Source: an uncultured Nesterenkonia sp. (GTDB lineage: Bacteria; Actinomycetota; Actinomycetes; Actinomycetales; Micrococcaceae). From it: a stretch of 42,992 nucleotides of DNA. Made by a program: the position numbers and the translations under genes. This document shows positions 1-8,584 of the stretch, piece by piece. The stretch's first letter is position 1. Each line of letters begins with the position of its first letter. The notes beneath the pieces were generated by a model. It was not told where the DNA came from, made no database searches, and was given only the letters and a program-made list of their open reading frames with translations. Location: assembly GCA_946221825.1 (NCBI GenBank), contig CAMINA010000001.1, positions 1 to 42,992 on the forward strand, read 5' to 3'.

Positions 1-906
1 GTGCTGGACACCGCCGAATGGCTGGAAGCCCAGGAGGGCGCAGAACTGGTGATGATCCCCGTGGACGCCGAGGGCGTGGTGGAGCTGAGCAGCTTCGCCC
101 AACAGCTTCAGCGTCTGCTTGCTGAGGAGCCGGAGAGCGTCGCTCTGGTCACCGCTATGTGGGCCAATAATGAGACCGGTGCGGTGCAGCCGGTGGCCGA
201 GATGGCCGAGCTCTGCCGCGAACACGGCGTCCCGTTCCACACCGACGCGGTCCAGGCCTTCGGCTCCGTCGCCGGCGACGGCGGCCCGGTGAGCTTCTCT
301 GCCTCAGGCGCCTCCACGATGGCGATCAGCGGACATAAGATCGGTGCCACGGTGGGGATCGGCGCTCTGCTGGTCCGCCGGGATGTGACCCTGACCCCGG
401 TGCAGCACGGCGGAGGCCAGGAGCGCGATATCCGTTCCGGGACGCTGGATGCGGCGGGCATCTGCGCCTTCGCGGCAGTGGCCGAGGAGACGGTCAACGG
501 CGCAGAGGCTGAGGCTGCCCGTCTGGCTGAGCTGCGGAACCGCCTGGTGGAGGTGGTGGACGGCCTCGAGGGAGCGACTCTCCGGGGGCCGGACCCGCGG
601 ATCAGCCCGGCCAAGCGGCTGCCGAACAACCTGCACATCACGGTGGACGGCGCGGAAGGCGACTCTCTGCTGTTCATGCTGGATATGGCCGGTTTCGACA
701 CCGCCACCGGCTCCGCCTGTACGGCCGGAGTGCCGCGGGCCTCTCATGTGCTGCTGGCTATGGGGCTCACCGAGGAGGAGGCCCGCGGGGCCCAGCGCTT
801 CTCCCTCGGCTACACCACCACGGAGGAGGACGTGGAGAAGCTGGCCGGTGCGCTGCCTGGGATCATCGCCCAAGCGCGCGACGCCGGCCGCAACTCCCGC
901 CGCTAG
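1..906 (+). CDS. iscS: Cysteine desulfurase (IscS/NifS family), 5' truncated by window edge
   Basis: Motifs MWANNETG, HTDAVQA, SGHKIG (PLP lysine), GGGQE, RSGT, GSACTAG (catalytic Cys), RFSLG. Confidence 0.93.
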   Translation: MLDTAEWLEAQEGAELVMIPVDAEGVVELSSFAQQLQRLLAEEPESVALVTAMWANNETGAVQPVAEMAELCREHGVPFHTDAVQAFGSVAGDGGPVSFSASGASTMAISGHKIGATVGIGALLVRRDVTLTPVQHGGGQERDIRSGTLDAAGICAFAAVAEETVNGAEAEAARLAELRNRLVEVVDGLEGATLRGPDPRISPAKRLPNNLHITVDGAEGDSLLFMLDMAGFDTATGSACTAGVPRASHVLLAMGLTEEEARGAQRFSLGYTTTEEDVEKLAGALPGIIAQARDAGRNSRR

Positions 907-924
907 GTTCCCCTCCTCAGCGCC

Positions 925-1545
925 TCAGTCGCCGTAGCGGATCTCCACGCGTCGGTTGGCGGCGTAGGTGCTGGGATCTTCCGGATCCTCGGTCGCGGCG
1001 GGTTCGCTGTCGCCGAAGCCTTCCACCTCCAGCGTGAGGTCGGGGCGCTCTTCCTCGAGGACCTCGGCCACGGCCTCTGCACGGTTCTCGGAGAGCGCCT
1101 GGTTGTCGAAGTCGTGTTCATCTGGCACCGGGTTGGAATCGGTGTGGCCGTGGACCTGGACGGTCGCGCCCTCGGGAACATCGTCCATCAGCCCGGCGAT
1201 GGCGCTGCCGGCCCCGGGCGGAACCTCCCACTCCATGGCGGAGAAGAGGATGTCGGTCTCCAGGACGATCACGTCGTCTTCTTCGGAGTCTCCGCCGAGC
1301 TCGTCGATGAAGTCCGCGCCGTCATAGCGCTGAGTGAAGTCATCCGCGTCCGGCGCGTCGATGAACTCCTCGGTGGAAGGCTGCCCTTGAGGCCTCTCGG
1401 GCGGGCCGCCGGGGAACTCCTCCTCATCGGCTGAGGCCGGGTCCGTATCGGCCGCGGCCGGGGCCGCGGTGCTCAGCAGCAGGCCTTCGGTGAGGAGCAG
1501 AGCTGCCAACGGAGGGACGGTGCGGCGGGCGTGACGCTCACTCAT
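925..1545 (-). CDS. OmpA-family (OmpA_C-like peptidoglycan-binding) exported protein
   Basis: Signal peptide ending APAAA; DILF, GHTDS, NQALSENRAEAV, GFGDSEP, NRRVEI motifs; ATG at 1545 overlaps upstream stop (ATGAGTGA). Confidence 0.88.
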   Translation of the reverse strand: MSERHARRTVPPLAALLLTEGLLLSTAAPAAADTDPASADEEEFPGGPPERPQGQPSTEEFIDAPDADDFTQRYDGADFIDELGGDSEEDDVIVLETDILFSAMEWEVPPGAGSAIAGLMDDVPEGATVQVHGHTDSNPVPDEHDFDNQALSENRAEAVAEVLEEERPDLTLEVEGFGDSEPAATEDPEDPSTYAANRRVEIRYGD

Positions 1546-2263
1546 CGTCGTCCTCCGCATACTCGTCCTCATCCTCGTTGCCAGAGCCGCTGTGATCAGC
1601 AGGTGAGTGGTCGCCCCACTCGATCTCGACATCGCGGAACTCCGGGGCGCCGGGCACCACAGAGACATCCACCGTGTCGATGTCGTCTTCCGGGGTGGGG
1701 ACATAGGCCCACATGGTCAGTGTGTCGCCGGAGTGGACGTGGACGTCGACGTCGCTCGCCCACGCGTTGTCCGAACGTGTGCCCCACCCGCCTCCGGCGC
1801 GTTCCGGGACCTCCACCGGCACGTAGTACGCCTTGAGATTCTCGCGGTCACTGACCACCGGCATCAGGTACGTGGCAATGTTTGCACGTGAGGGGTTGTG
1901 CATGGCCTCGATGAAGTGGGCGGGCTCGCCGTCCTGCTCATACTCCGGGGTGAAGGTGACAGTGATCAGCATGCCCTCTTCGCCCACCTCGACGCCGTGC
2001 AGGGCCATCGTCATCTCGCCCTGGGTGGGGCCGGTCATGGCATAGGCGACGCTCTGAAGTGCCTCGTCCGGGTCAGGTGTGGTGTCCTCTGTGGGCCCTG
2101 CTGCGGGGACATCGTCCTCCTCGGCTGCGGTCTCGGCATCTGTCTCTTCAGGGGAGGTCTGTTCGATCTCCTCGTCGCCGACGTCGGTCAGTGCGCAGGC
2201 GTTCAGGCCCAGGACTGCCACGACGCCCAAGGTGGCTGCAGCTGCTCGTGTTCCGCTTCGCAT
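1538..2263 (-). CDS. Acidic lipoprotein of unknown function, coupled to the OmpA gene
   Basis: GAGAGGGA RBS, start MRSGTRAAAATLGVVAVLGLNAC with lipobox LNAC; acidic linker then beta-rich domain. Confidence 0.8.
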   Translation of the reverse strand: MRSGTRAAAATLGVVAVLGLNACALTDVGDEEIEQTSPEETDAETAAEEDDVPAAGPTEDTTPDPDEALQSVAYAMTGPTQGEMTMALHGVEVGEEGMLITVTFTPEYEQDGEPAHFIEAMHNPSRANIATYLMPVVSDRENLKAYYVPVEVPERAGGGWGTRSDNAWASDVDVHVHSGDTLTMWAYVPTPEDDIDTVDVSVVPGAPEFRDVEIEWGDHSPADHSGSGNEDEDEYAEDDDE

Positions 2264-2406
2264 GATTCCCTCTCGTGAAATGTGACGCCACGGGCCAGCT
2301 CCTCGTCTCCCGCAGTAGGCGCTTTCAGGATAACCGCATGGCGGTAACAACTGCAAACATTGCAAAGTTCCGCATCGGAGGTGAACTGCCGGTAGGTTCA
2401 GTGACT

Positions 2407-3128
2407 ATGGCACAGCACAGGGGCGGGCGGCGTCGGGAGAAAGCTGCGGCACGGGAACCGCACCTGGACCTGCGCGAACCCCAAGAGGTCAGTGTGATCA
2501 GCGCTGCGGAATTCCTGGAGGCTGGCGTGGCGGAAGGACGCCGCCTGAGCGAGGATCTTCCTCCGGCAGACCTGCCCAGCGGCAGTCTGATCGGCGGCGC
2601 CGCCAGCGACCTCCGCGGTGCCTCCCTGGTGGAATGCGTCTGGGAGGACGCCTCACTGACCGAGGGTGATCTCTCCGGGCTCACCGTGGCGGAGTCGCGG
2701 CTGAGCCGGCTGAACATCCCGCATCTTCAGGCACCCCGCTCCGGTTGGCGGGATGTGTTGCTCGAGGACAGCCGCATCGGCGTCGCGGAGCTCTATGAGG
2801 CTGTGTTCTCCGGGGTGAAGATCTCCTCCGGAAAGCTCGATCTGATCAACCTGCGCGGGGCCGAGCTGCGGGATGTGCTGATCGAGGGCTGCACCTCGGC
2901 GAGCTGGACCTGACCCAGGGGAGTGCCCAGCGCGTGGCCCTGCGCGGCACCCGGGTCGAGACTCTGGTGCTGACCGGGCTGCGCGTCCAGCACCTGGATC
3001 TGACGGGGGCTGAGATCGGCCGGATCGTCGGGGTGGAGGGGCTGCGCGGGGCAGTGGTCAGCAGCCAGCAGCTGATGGAGCTGGCCCCGGCGCTGGCCGA
3101 CCACCTCGGCCTGGAAATCAGCGACTGA
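2407..3128 (+). pseudogene. Pentapeptide-repeat protein with a 1-bp frameshift near 2895 (pseudogene or sequencing error)
   Basis: DLRGASL, DLSGL, NLRGAEL, DLTGAEI, GLRGAVVS repeats split over ORFs ending 2913 and 3128; adding one C after 2895 gives continuous EGCTLGELDLTQGSAQRVALRG. Confidence 0.8.
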
Positions 3129-3132
3129 GCAG

Positions 3133-3204
3133 GATCTCTCCCCACCTGGCGACATCTCACCCCGCCTGGGACGGCTGAAATGTCGCGAACTGGGTAGAGA
3201 AATC
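3133..3204. repeat. Imperfect intergenic palindrome (REP-like or bidirectional terminator)
   Basis: gcgacatctca (3149-3159) pairs with tgaaatgtcgc (3176-3186), with looser outer arms; between convergent genes. Confidence 0.5.
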
Positions 3205-3218
3205 GACGTGAGGCCCGA

Positions 3219-4295
3219 TCAGCTGTTGATCTGCTCGGTCAGAGCCTCGGCGGTGCCGAGCACGCGGCTCAGGGTGCGCAGCGTTGAGGTCTCATCGAGA
3301 CCCGCAGTCCCGGGCGCACCAGGGCGCTCGCGGTCGGTTCCGCAGAAGGTGGTCAGCAGGAAGGAGTCCAGCGATGACGCCGGCATGCCCAGGGCCTGCC
3401 AGGGCTCGGTGAGCCGGGCCGCCAGGGAGCTGACCTGCGGCAGCGTCTCCCGCCCGGTCTCATGAGGCTGCAGCATCCCGGCCAGCCACTGGGTGCCGGA
3501 CTCGGTCAGCTCGGCCACCTGTTCCCAGGCCGCACCGCCCAGCGTGGTGACCGGGAGTCCGAGGCCCTCCACCCGGGAGGCCTCACGACCGCGGAAGTCC
3601 TCCACATGCTCAGCCTGTGGAGTTTCGCCCAGGTCCAGGATGACCTCATCGGCACCGGCGGCGCGCAGCGCCTCCACCACGACGCCGATCATCACCCGGG
3701 TCTCGTCCCGGGGCAGTGAGCGGATGGTCCGGTAGCCGCTGACCGTGGGGACTTCGCCGCGCCGAACACGGCCGTAGCGGGTCTCAGAGAGCACCACACT
3801 CAGCGTCTGCGAAGCGCAGGCCCGGCGCACATGTTCCACATGGGAGGCCATGCCTGCGGCCAACGATTCGGCCAGGTCGCGGCGGGCCCCGTGATCCACC
3901 AGCACCTTCTCGCCGGAGGGTAGAGCCAGCTGGGCGGCCAGGCTGACCGGGCCCAGCACCTCCAGCTTCAGCGGAGAGGGCTCCTCGCCGTAGGTCTCAG
4001 CCCGTTCGCCGCGCACATCGGCCAGCGTGTCCACATCGGCCCGCAGCAGCTGCGCGGCGCGCAGGTGATCAGCACCCGGGCGCTGGGTCAGCCGCCACCC
4101 GTAGGAGGTCAGCTCCCCAAAGAGCTCCGAGAGCTGCGCGGTGGCACGGCCGAGCAGCGTGGCATGGTGTCCTCGCTGAGGAAGCTCCGGCAGCGCAGCC
4201 AGATGAGGGGACGGAGTCTCGGCGGTGAGCAGCTCGGCGGCACGGCGGAGATCGGTGCCGGGGAAGGTCCCGGCTGCGGCGGCACGCAGGCTCAT
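3219..4295 (-). CDS. Cobalamin-independent methionine synthase-like protein (Rv3015c-like)
   Basis: N-terminal GTFPGTD...LPELPQRG...LGRA, GPVSLAA, DHGARRDLAESLAAG; position downstream of mnmA matches this family. Confidence 0.7.
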   Translation of the reverse strand: MSLRAAAAGTFPGTDLRRAAELLTAETPSPHLAALPELPQRGHHATLLGRATAQLSELFGELTSYGWRLTQRPGADHLRAAQLLRADVDTLADVRGERAETYGEEPSPLKLEVLGPVSLAAQLALPSGEKVLVDHGARRDLAESLAAGMASHVEHVRRACASQTLSVVLSETRYGRVRRGEVPTVSGYRTIRSLPRDETRVMIGVVVEALRAAGADEVILDLGETPQAEHVEDFRGREASRVEGLGLPVTTLGGAAWEQVAELTESGTQWLAGMLQPHETGRETLPQVSSLAARLTEPWQALGMPASSLDSFLLTTFCGTDRERPGAPGTAGLDETSTLRTLSRVLGTAEALTEQINS

Positions 4296-4675
4296 CGGCC
4301 GGTGTCGGGGTTCTGTGCGGAAGTCTCCGCGACGGAGGTCTGGGCAGAGGCGGAGATCGCCTGGTGGTGGCGGATGACCTCTTCGATGATGAAGTTCAGG
4401 AACTTCTCCGCGAACTCCGGGTCCAGCTGGGCGTCCTCGGCTAGGCGCTTCAGTCGAGCGATCTGGTTCTTCTCCCGCGCCGGGTCGGCCGGCGGCAGCT
4501 GGTGGGTGGCCTTGAGCACGCCGACCCGCTGAGTGGCCTTGAACCGCTCAGCCAGCAGATAGACCAGCGTGGCATCGATGTTGTCGATCGAGGAGCGCAT
4601 GGACAGCAGCTCCTCGAGCACCGCGGGCTCCACATATGAGGCGGCATCGCCGGCACGTTCTTCGCTCGAGCTCAT
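4292..4675 (-). CDS. Chorismate mutase (AroQ class)
   Basis: RSSIDNIDATLVYLLAERF...VGVLK...DPARE motif. Confidence 0.9.
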   Translation of the reverse strand: MSSSEERAGDAASYVEPAVLEELLSMRSSIDNIDATLVYLLAERFKATQRVGVLKATHQLPPADPAREKNQIARLKRLAEDAQLDPEFAEKFLNFIIEEVIRHHQAISASAQTSVAETSAQNPDTGR

Positions 4676-4715
4676 GACTCCAGCCTACCGACTCATCGCC
4701 GCCGATTCCGCCTTC

Positions 4716-5876
4716 TCAGGCGGGCTGGTAGTTCTTGGAACGGGCGGTGTCGATGGTGGCCTGACCGAGCACCCGGGTGCCCTGATACATCACTGCGGTC
4801 TGGCCTGGAGCCACGCCCTTCAGCGGCTCCTCCAGCTCCACCACCAGGCGGGGAGAGCCGGTCCCTTCTGCGTCCCGTTCAGCCGAGTCCTCCGCGTCGT
4901 CCTGCTCCACGCGGGCGCGTGCCGGGACGGGATCCGCGTGGGCGCGGATCTGCAGGTCGATGTCGAACCAATCACCGGTGCTCGCCTCTGCCACGGGAAG
5001 CCCCGCCCAGGAGACGCGGATGCCGGTGATCCGGTCGATGTCCAGCAGCTCCCGGGGCCCGGCCACCACAGTGTTCTCCTTGGGGCGGATCTCCAGGACG
5101 AAGCGCGGCTTGCCGTCCGGGGCCGGACGCCCCAGCTTCAGCCCGCGGCGCTGACCCACGGTGTAGGCCTCGGACCCCTCATGCTCACCGATCTGTTCGC
5201 CGTCCTGGTCCAGGATGGGGCCGTTGGTCATCTCGATCTGCTCGGCCAGCCAGCCGCGGGTGTCCCCGTCGGGGATGAAGCAGATGTCGTGGGAGTCGGG
5301 CTTCTTCGCCACGGAGAGCCCGCGCTCCTCGGCCTCGGCACGCACCAGGTCCTTCGAAGGGGTGTCGCCCAGCGGAAAGTAGCAGTGGGCCAGCTGCTGC
5401 TCGTTGAGCACGCCCAGGACATAGGACTGGTCCTTGGTCCAGGTGGCCGCACGGTGCAGCTCACGGTTGCCGTCGGCGTCGGTGAGGATCGTGGCGTAGT
5501 GCCCGGTGGCCACAGCGTCGAAGCCCAGCGCGATGGCCTTGTCCAGCAGGGCCTCGAACTTGATCTTCTCGTTGCAGCGCATGCAGGGATTCGGGGTGCG
5601 TCCCGCCTGGTACTCGGCGATGAAGTCATCGACCACATCGGCTTTGAACCGTTCCGAGAAGTCCCACACGTAGAAGGGGATGCCCAGCTTCTCGCAGGCG
5701 CGCCAGGCGTCCGAGGAGTCCTCGATGGTGCAGCATCCGCGCGACCCGGTCCGCAGCGTTCCGGGCATGCGCGAGAGCGCCAGGTGCACGCCCACCACCT
5801 CGTGGCCGGCGTCCACGGCGCGGGCTGCTGCGACGGCAGAATCCACGCCGCCGGACATCGCTGCTAGAACCTTCAT
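4716..5876 (-). CDS. mnmA: tRNA-specific 2-thiouridylase MnmA
   Basis: [51 protein letters not shown]. Confidence 0.97.
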   Translation of the reverse strand: MKVLAAMSGGVDSAVAAARAVDAGHEVVGVHLALSRMPGTLRTGSRGCCTIEDSSDAWRACEKLGIPFYVWDFSERFKADVVDDFIAEYQAGRTPNPCMRCNEKIKFEALLDKAIALGFDAVATGHYATILTDADGNRELHRAATWTKDQSYVLGVLNEQQLAHCYFPLGDTPSKDLVRAEAEERGLSVAKKPDSHDICFIPDGDTRGWLAEQIEMTNGPILDQDGEQIGEHEGSEAYTVGQRRGLKLGRPAPDGKPRFVLEIRPKENTVVAGPRELLDIDRITGIRVSWAGLPVAEASTGDWFDIDLQIRAHADPVPARARVEQDDAEDSAERDAEGTGSPRLVVELEEPLKGVAPGQTAVMYQGTRVLGQATIDTARSKNYQPA

Positions 5877-5975
5877 ACCATCCAGGTTCTCACAGCCGAG
5901 CTCCCGGTATCAGCGGGCTATCGCCCGGATCACAGGGGCACCGACGCCTTGACGCCTAGGAAAGTGGTCTCACCG

Positions 5976-6227
5976 ATGAAGAGTGTGCGCTCAGACGTCG
6001 TCCTCGTGCCCGCGACCTTCCCAGGCCCGTGCGAGGTAGGACTCGAAGAGGTGGTCGTTGAAGCCCACGGTGCCCGCGCCGAAGTCACCCATGTCCGGAC
6101 AACAGTGTTCAAGTCATCGCAAGGAGGTGACGAGAAGGCGGTCAGGCCGCGAACGAGAGTTGAAGCTTGGGCAGATGACGTCATCCCGGCGCCCCACCGC
6201 CCGGCGTCGGCTCAGCCCAGCGCCTGA
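5976..6227 (+). CDS. Possible small hypothetical protein
   Basis: 83-aa ORF filling the mnmA-DUF58 gap, weak AGGAAAG upstream; codon usage atypical, no motif. Confidence 0.25.
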   Translation: MKSVRSDVVLVPATFPGPCEVGLEEVVVEAHGARAEVTHVRTTVFKSSQGGDEKAVRPRTRVEAWADDVIPAPHRPASAQPSA

Positions 6228-6252
6228 CCGGCTCAGCCCGTCTCAGTTCGGA

Positions 6253-7563
6253 TCAGAGGCGGCCGGTGGCCTTGAGGCGGATGTAGGCATCGGCCAGCTG
6301 GGGCGGCAGATCATGGGGTGCGGCGTCGACCACTTCGACCCCGAGCGATCCCAGCTGGGTCTTCATCGCCTCCCGCTCGATCAGCGAACGTTCTGCGGCG
6401 GCGGCTCGGTAGGTGTCCTCCACGGTGCCGCGGGCGGCGGCTCGCCGGTCCAGGTCGGGGTCCCGGACGGAGGCCACCAGCACCAGGTGCTTCTCGGTCA
6501 GTGCCGGCAGCACCGGAAGCAGGCCCTCCTCCAAAGCCCCGGAGTCCAGAGAGGTGAGGATCACCACCAGAGAACGCTGGGAGGTCAGCGCCTTCACATG
6601 GGCGGGAAGGCGTGAATAGTCGGCCTCCACCAGTTCGGGATGGATCCCTGACATGGCGTTGACCATCTGGTTCAGCAGAGCCCCGGCGGTGGAGCGCACC
6701 CGTGGACCGGTGGTGCGGTCGAAGCTGAAGAAGTCCACTCGGTCGCCGGCACCGTCGGCGAGGACACCCAGCAGCAGGGCGGCTTCCATACCGGTGTCCA
6801 GACGCGGCTCGTCCTCCACCCGCGCCGCGGAGGTCCGGGAGGAGTCCAGGCACAGCACCACACGCCGGTCCCGTTCGGGCCGCCAGGTCCGTACGACCAG
6901 GTCGGAGCTGTGGCCGGTGGTGCCGCGTTTGCGGGCCGTGGCGCGCCAGTCGATGGAACGGATGTCGTCACCGCGCACGTAGTCGCGAAGCGAGTCGAAC
7001 TCGGTGCCGGCCCCGCGCAGCTGCACTGCGGTCTGTCCGTCCAGCTCACGCAGCCGCTGCAGCTTGGAGGGCAGGTGCTTTCGGGACCGGAACGGCGGCA
7101 GCACACGCAGAGTGTGGGGCACCTCGTGGGAGACTTGGCGGCCCGCTATCCCCATCGGTCCCATAGTGCGGATCGCCACGTGGAGGCTGCTCAGCTCTCC
7201 GCGGCGCTGCGGCATCAGCGCCGTGCGGATCCGCTGTTCGGACCCTCTGGGGATGTCGATGGCATGGATGGGCTCGGTGGCACCGGCCGTGGGCTGCCAG
7301 CCGTCCTTGACCGATCCGCGCAGCCGCCGGGATCCCGTGTTGTGCAGATCGGTCGCCGCTTCAGCCGACTGCTCCAGGCGTACGGCTTCGGTGGGGACGC
7401 GCTCCACCCGCACGGCTCGTGGAGAGCCGGCGAGCAGGACATCGGTCAGTGCCAGCAGCGCCAGTGCCAGCAGGCACAGCCAGATCGTGGCGGCGTGCGG
7501 AACCAGCACGACGACGGCGCTCAGGGCCAGTGCCGTGTACAGCAGTCTGCGGGTCAGGACCAT
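6253..7563 (-). CDS. DUF58 domain protein (MoxR partner, vWA-like)
   Basis: GTEFDSLRDYVRGDDIRSIDWRATAR, LDSSRTS, C-terminal YIRLKATGRL. Confidence 0.9.
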   Translation of the reverse strand: MVLTRRLLYTALALSAVVVLVPHAATIWLCLLALALLALTDVLLAGSPRAVRVERVPTEAVRLEQSAEAATDLHNTGSRRLRGSVKDGWQPTAGATEPIHAIDIPRGSEQRIRTALMPQRRGELSSLHVAIRTMGPMGIAGRQVSHEVPHTLRVLPPFRSRKHLPSKLQRLRELDGQTAVQLRGAGTEFDSLRDYVRGDDIRSIDWRATARKRGTTGHSSDLVVRTWRPERDRRVVLCLDSSRTSAARVEDEPRLDTGMEAALLLGVLADGAGDRVDFFSFDRTTGPRVRSTAGALLNQMVNAMSGIHPELVEADYSRLPAHVKALTSQRSLVVILTSLDSGALEEGLLPVLPALTEKHLVLVASVRDPDLDRRAAARGTVEDTYRAAAAERSLIEREAMKTQLGSLGVEVVDAAPHDLPPQLADAYIRLKATGRL

Positions 7564-7573
7564 GGGGCCGAGG

Positions 7574-8584
7574 TCAGCGGGGCACGGGGACGGTGGTCAG
7601 GATGCCGCGGAGCAGGTCGTCCACGCTGACTCCGTCCATCGAAGCCTCCGGGGAGAGGGAGACGCGATGGCGCAGCGCGGGCAGGGCGAGGGCTTTGACG
7701 TCGTCGGGGGTCACGAAGTCTCGGCCCGACAACCAGGCCCACGCTTTGGACGCGTTCATCAGAGCTGTGGCGCCGCGCGGGGAGACGCCCAGCTGGAAGC
7801 TCGGAGCCTGGCGAGTGGCTCGAGCGATGTCGACGATGTAGGCGATGACCTCCGGCGCCACAGTCGTCTGCCAGACCGCCTGACGGGCGGCCAGGACGTG
7901 TTCGGCTCCGGCGATGGGCTGGATGCCGGCCTCAGCCAGGGCCGACGGGTTGAAGCCGGCGGCATGACGGCGGATGACTTCGATCTCCTCGCCGCGCTCG
8001 GGCAGCGCGAGGTTGATCTTGAGCAGGAAGCGATCCAGCTGCGCCTCGGGCAGCGGGTAGGTGCCCTCATACTCAGTGGGGTTCTGCGTCGCGGCGACCA
8101 GGAAGGGTTCGGGCAGCTGACGTCCGACGCCGTCCACACTGACCTGCCGCTCTTCCATCGCCTCCAGCAGTGAGGCCTGAGTCTTGGGCGGGGTGCGGTT
8201 GATTTCGTCGGCCAGCATCAGATGGGTGAACAGCGGACCTTCGCGGAAGGAGAAGTCTCCGGTGGAGGAGTCATAGACCAGGGAACCGGTCACATCGCCG
8301 GGCATCAGGTCCGGAGTGAACTGAACACGTTTGGCGTCCAGGCTCAGGGCGGCGGAGATGCTGCGCACCAGCAGCGTCTTCGCCACTCCGGGGACACCTT
8401 CGAGCAGCACGTGACCGCGGGTCAGGAGGCCGATCAGCACGCCGGTGACGGCACCGTCCTGTCCGACCACGGCCTTCGAGACCTCGTGGCGCACCCGGTG
8501 GAAGGTGTCGCGCAGGGCGGCGCCGTCCACCGGTGCACCCACAGAGCTCTGCTGCGGGGTCGGCTGAGGGGATTCGGCGGTCAT
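7574..8584 (-). CDS. moxR: MoxR-family AAA+ ATPase
   Basis: GHVLLEGVPGVAKT, RVQFTPDLMPGDVTG, LADEINRTPPKTQASLLEAMEE, ATQNP, YPLPEAQLDRF, SPRG. Confidence 0.95.
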   Translation of the reverse strand: MTAESPQPTPQQSSVGAPVDGAALRDTFHRVRHEVSKAVVGQDGAVTGVLIGLLTRGHVLLEGVPGVAKTLLVRSISAALSLDAKRVQFTPDLMPGDVTGSLVYDSSTGDFSFREGPLFTHLMLADEINRTPPKTQASLLEAMEERQVSVDGVGRQLPEPFLVAATQNPTEYEGTYPLPEAQLDRFLLKINLALPERGEEIEVIRRHAAGFNPSALAEAGIQPIAGAEHVLAARQAVWQTTVAPEVIAYIVDIARATRQAPSFQLGVSPRGATALMNASKAWAWLSGRDFVTPDDVKALALPALRHRVSLSPEASMDGVSVDDLLRGILTTVPVPR

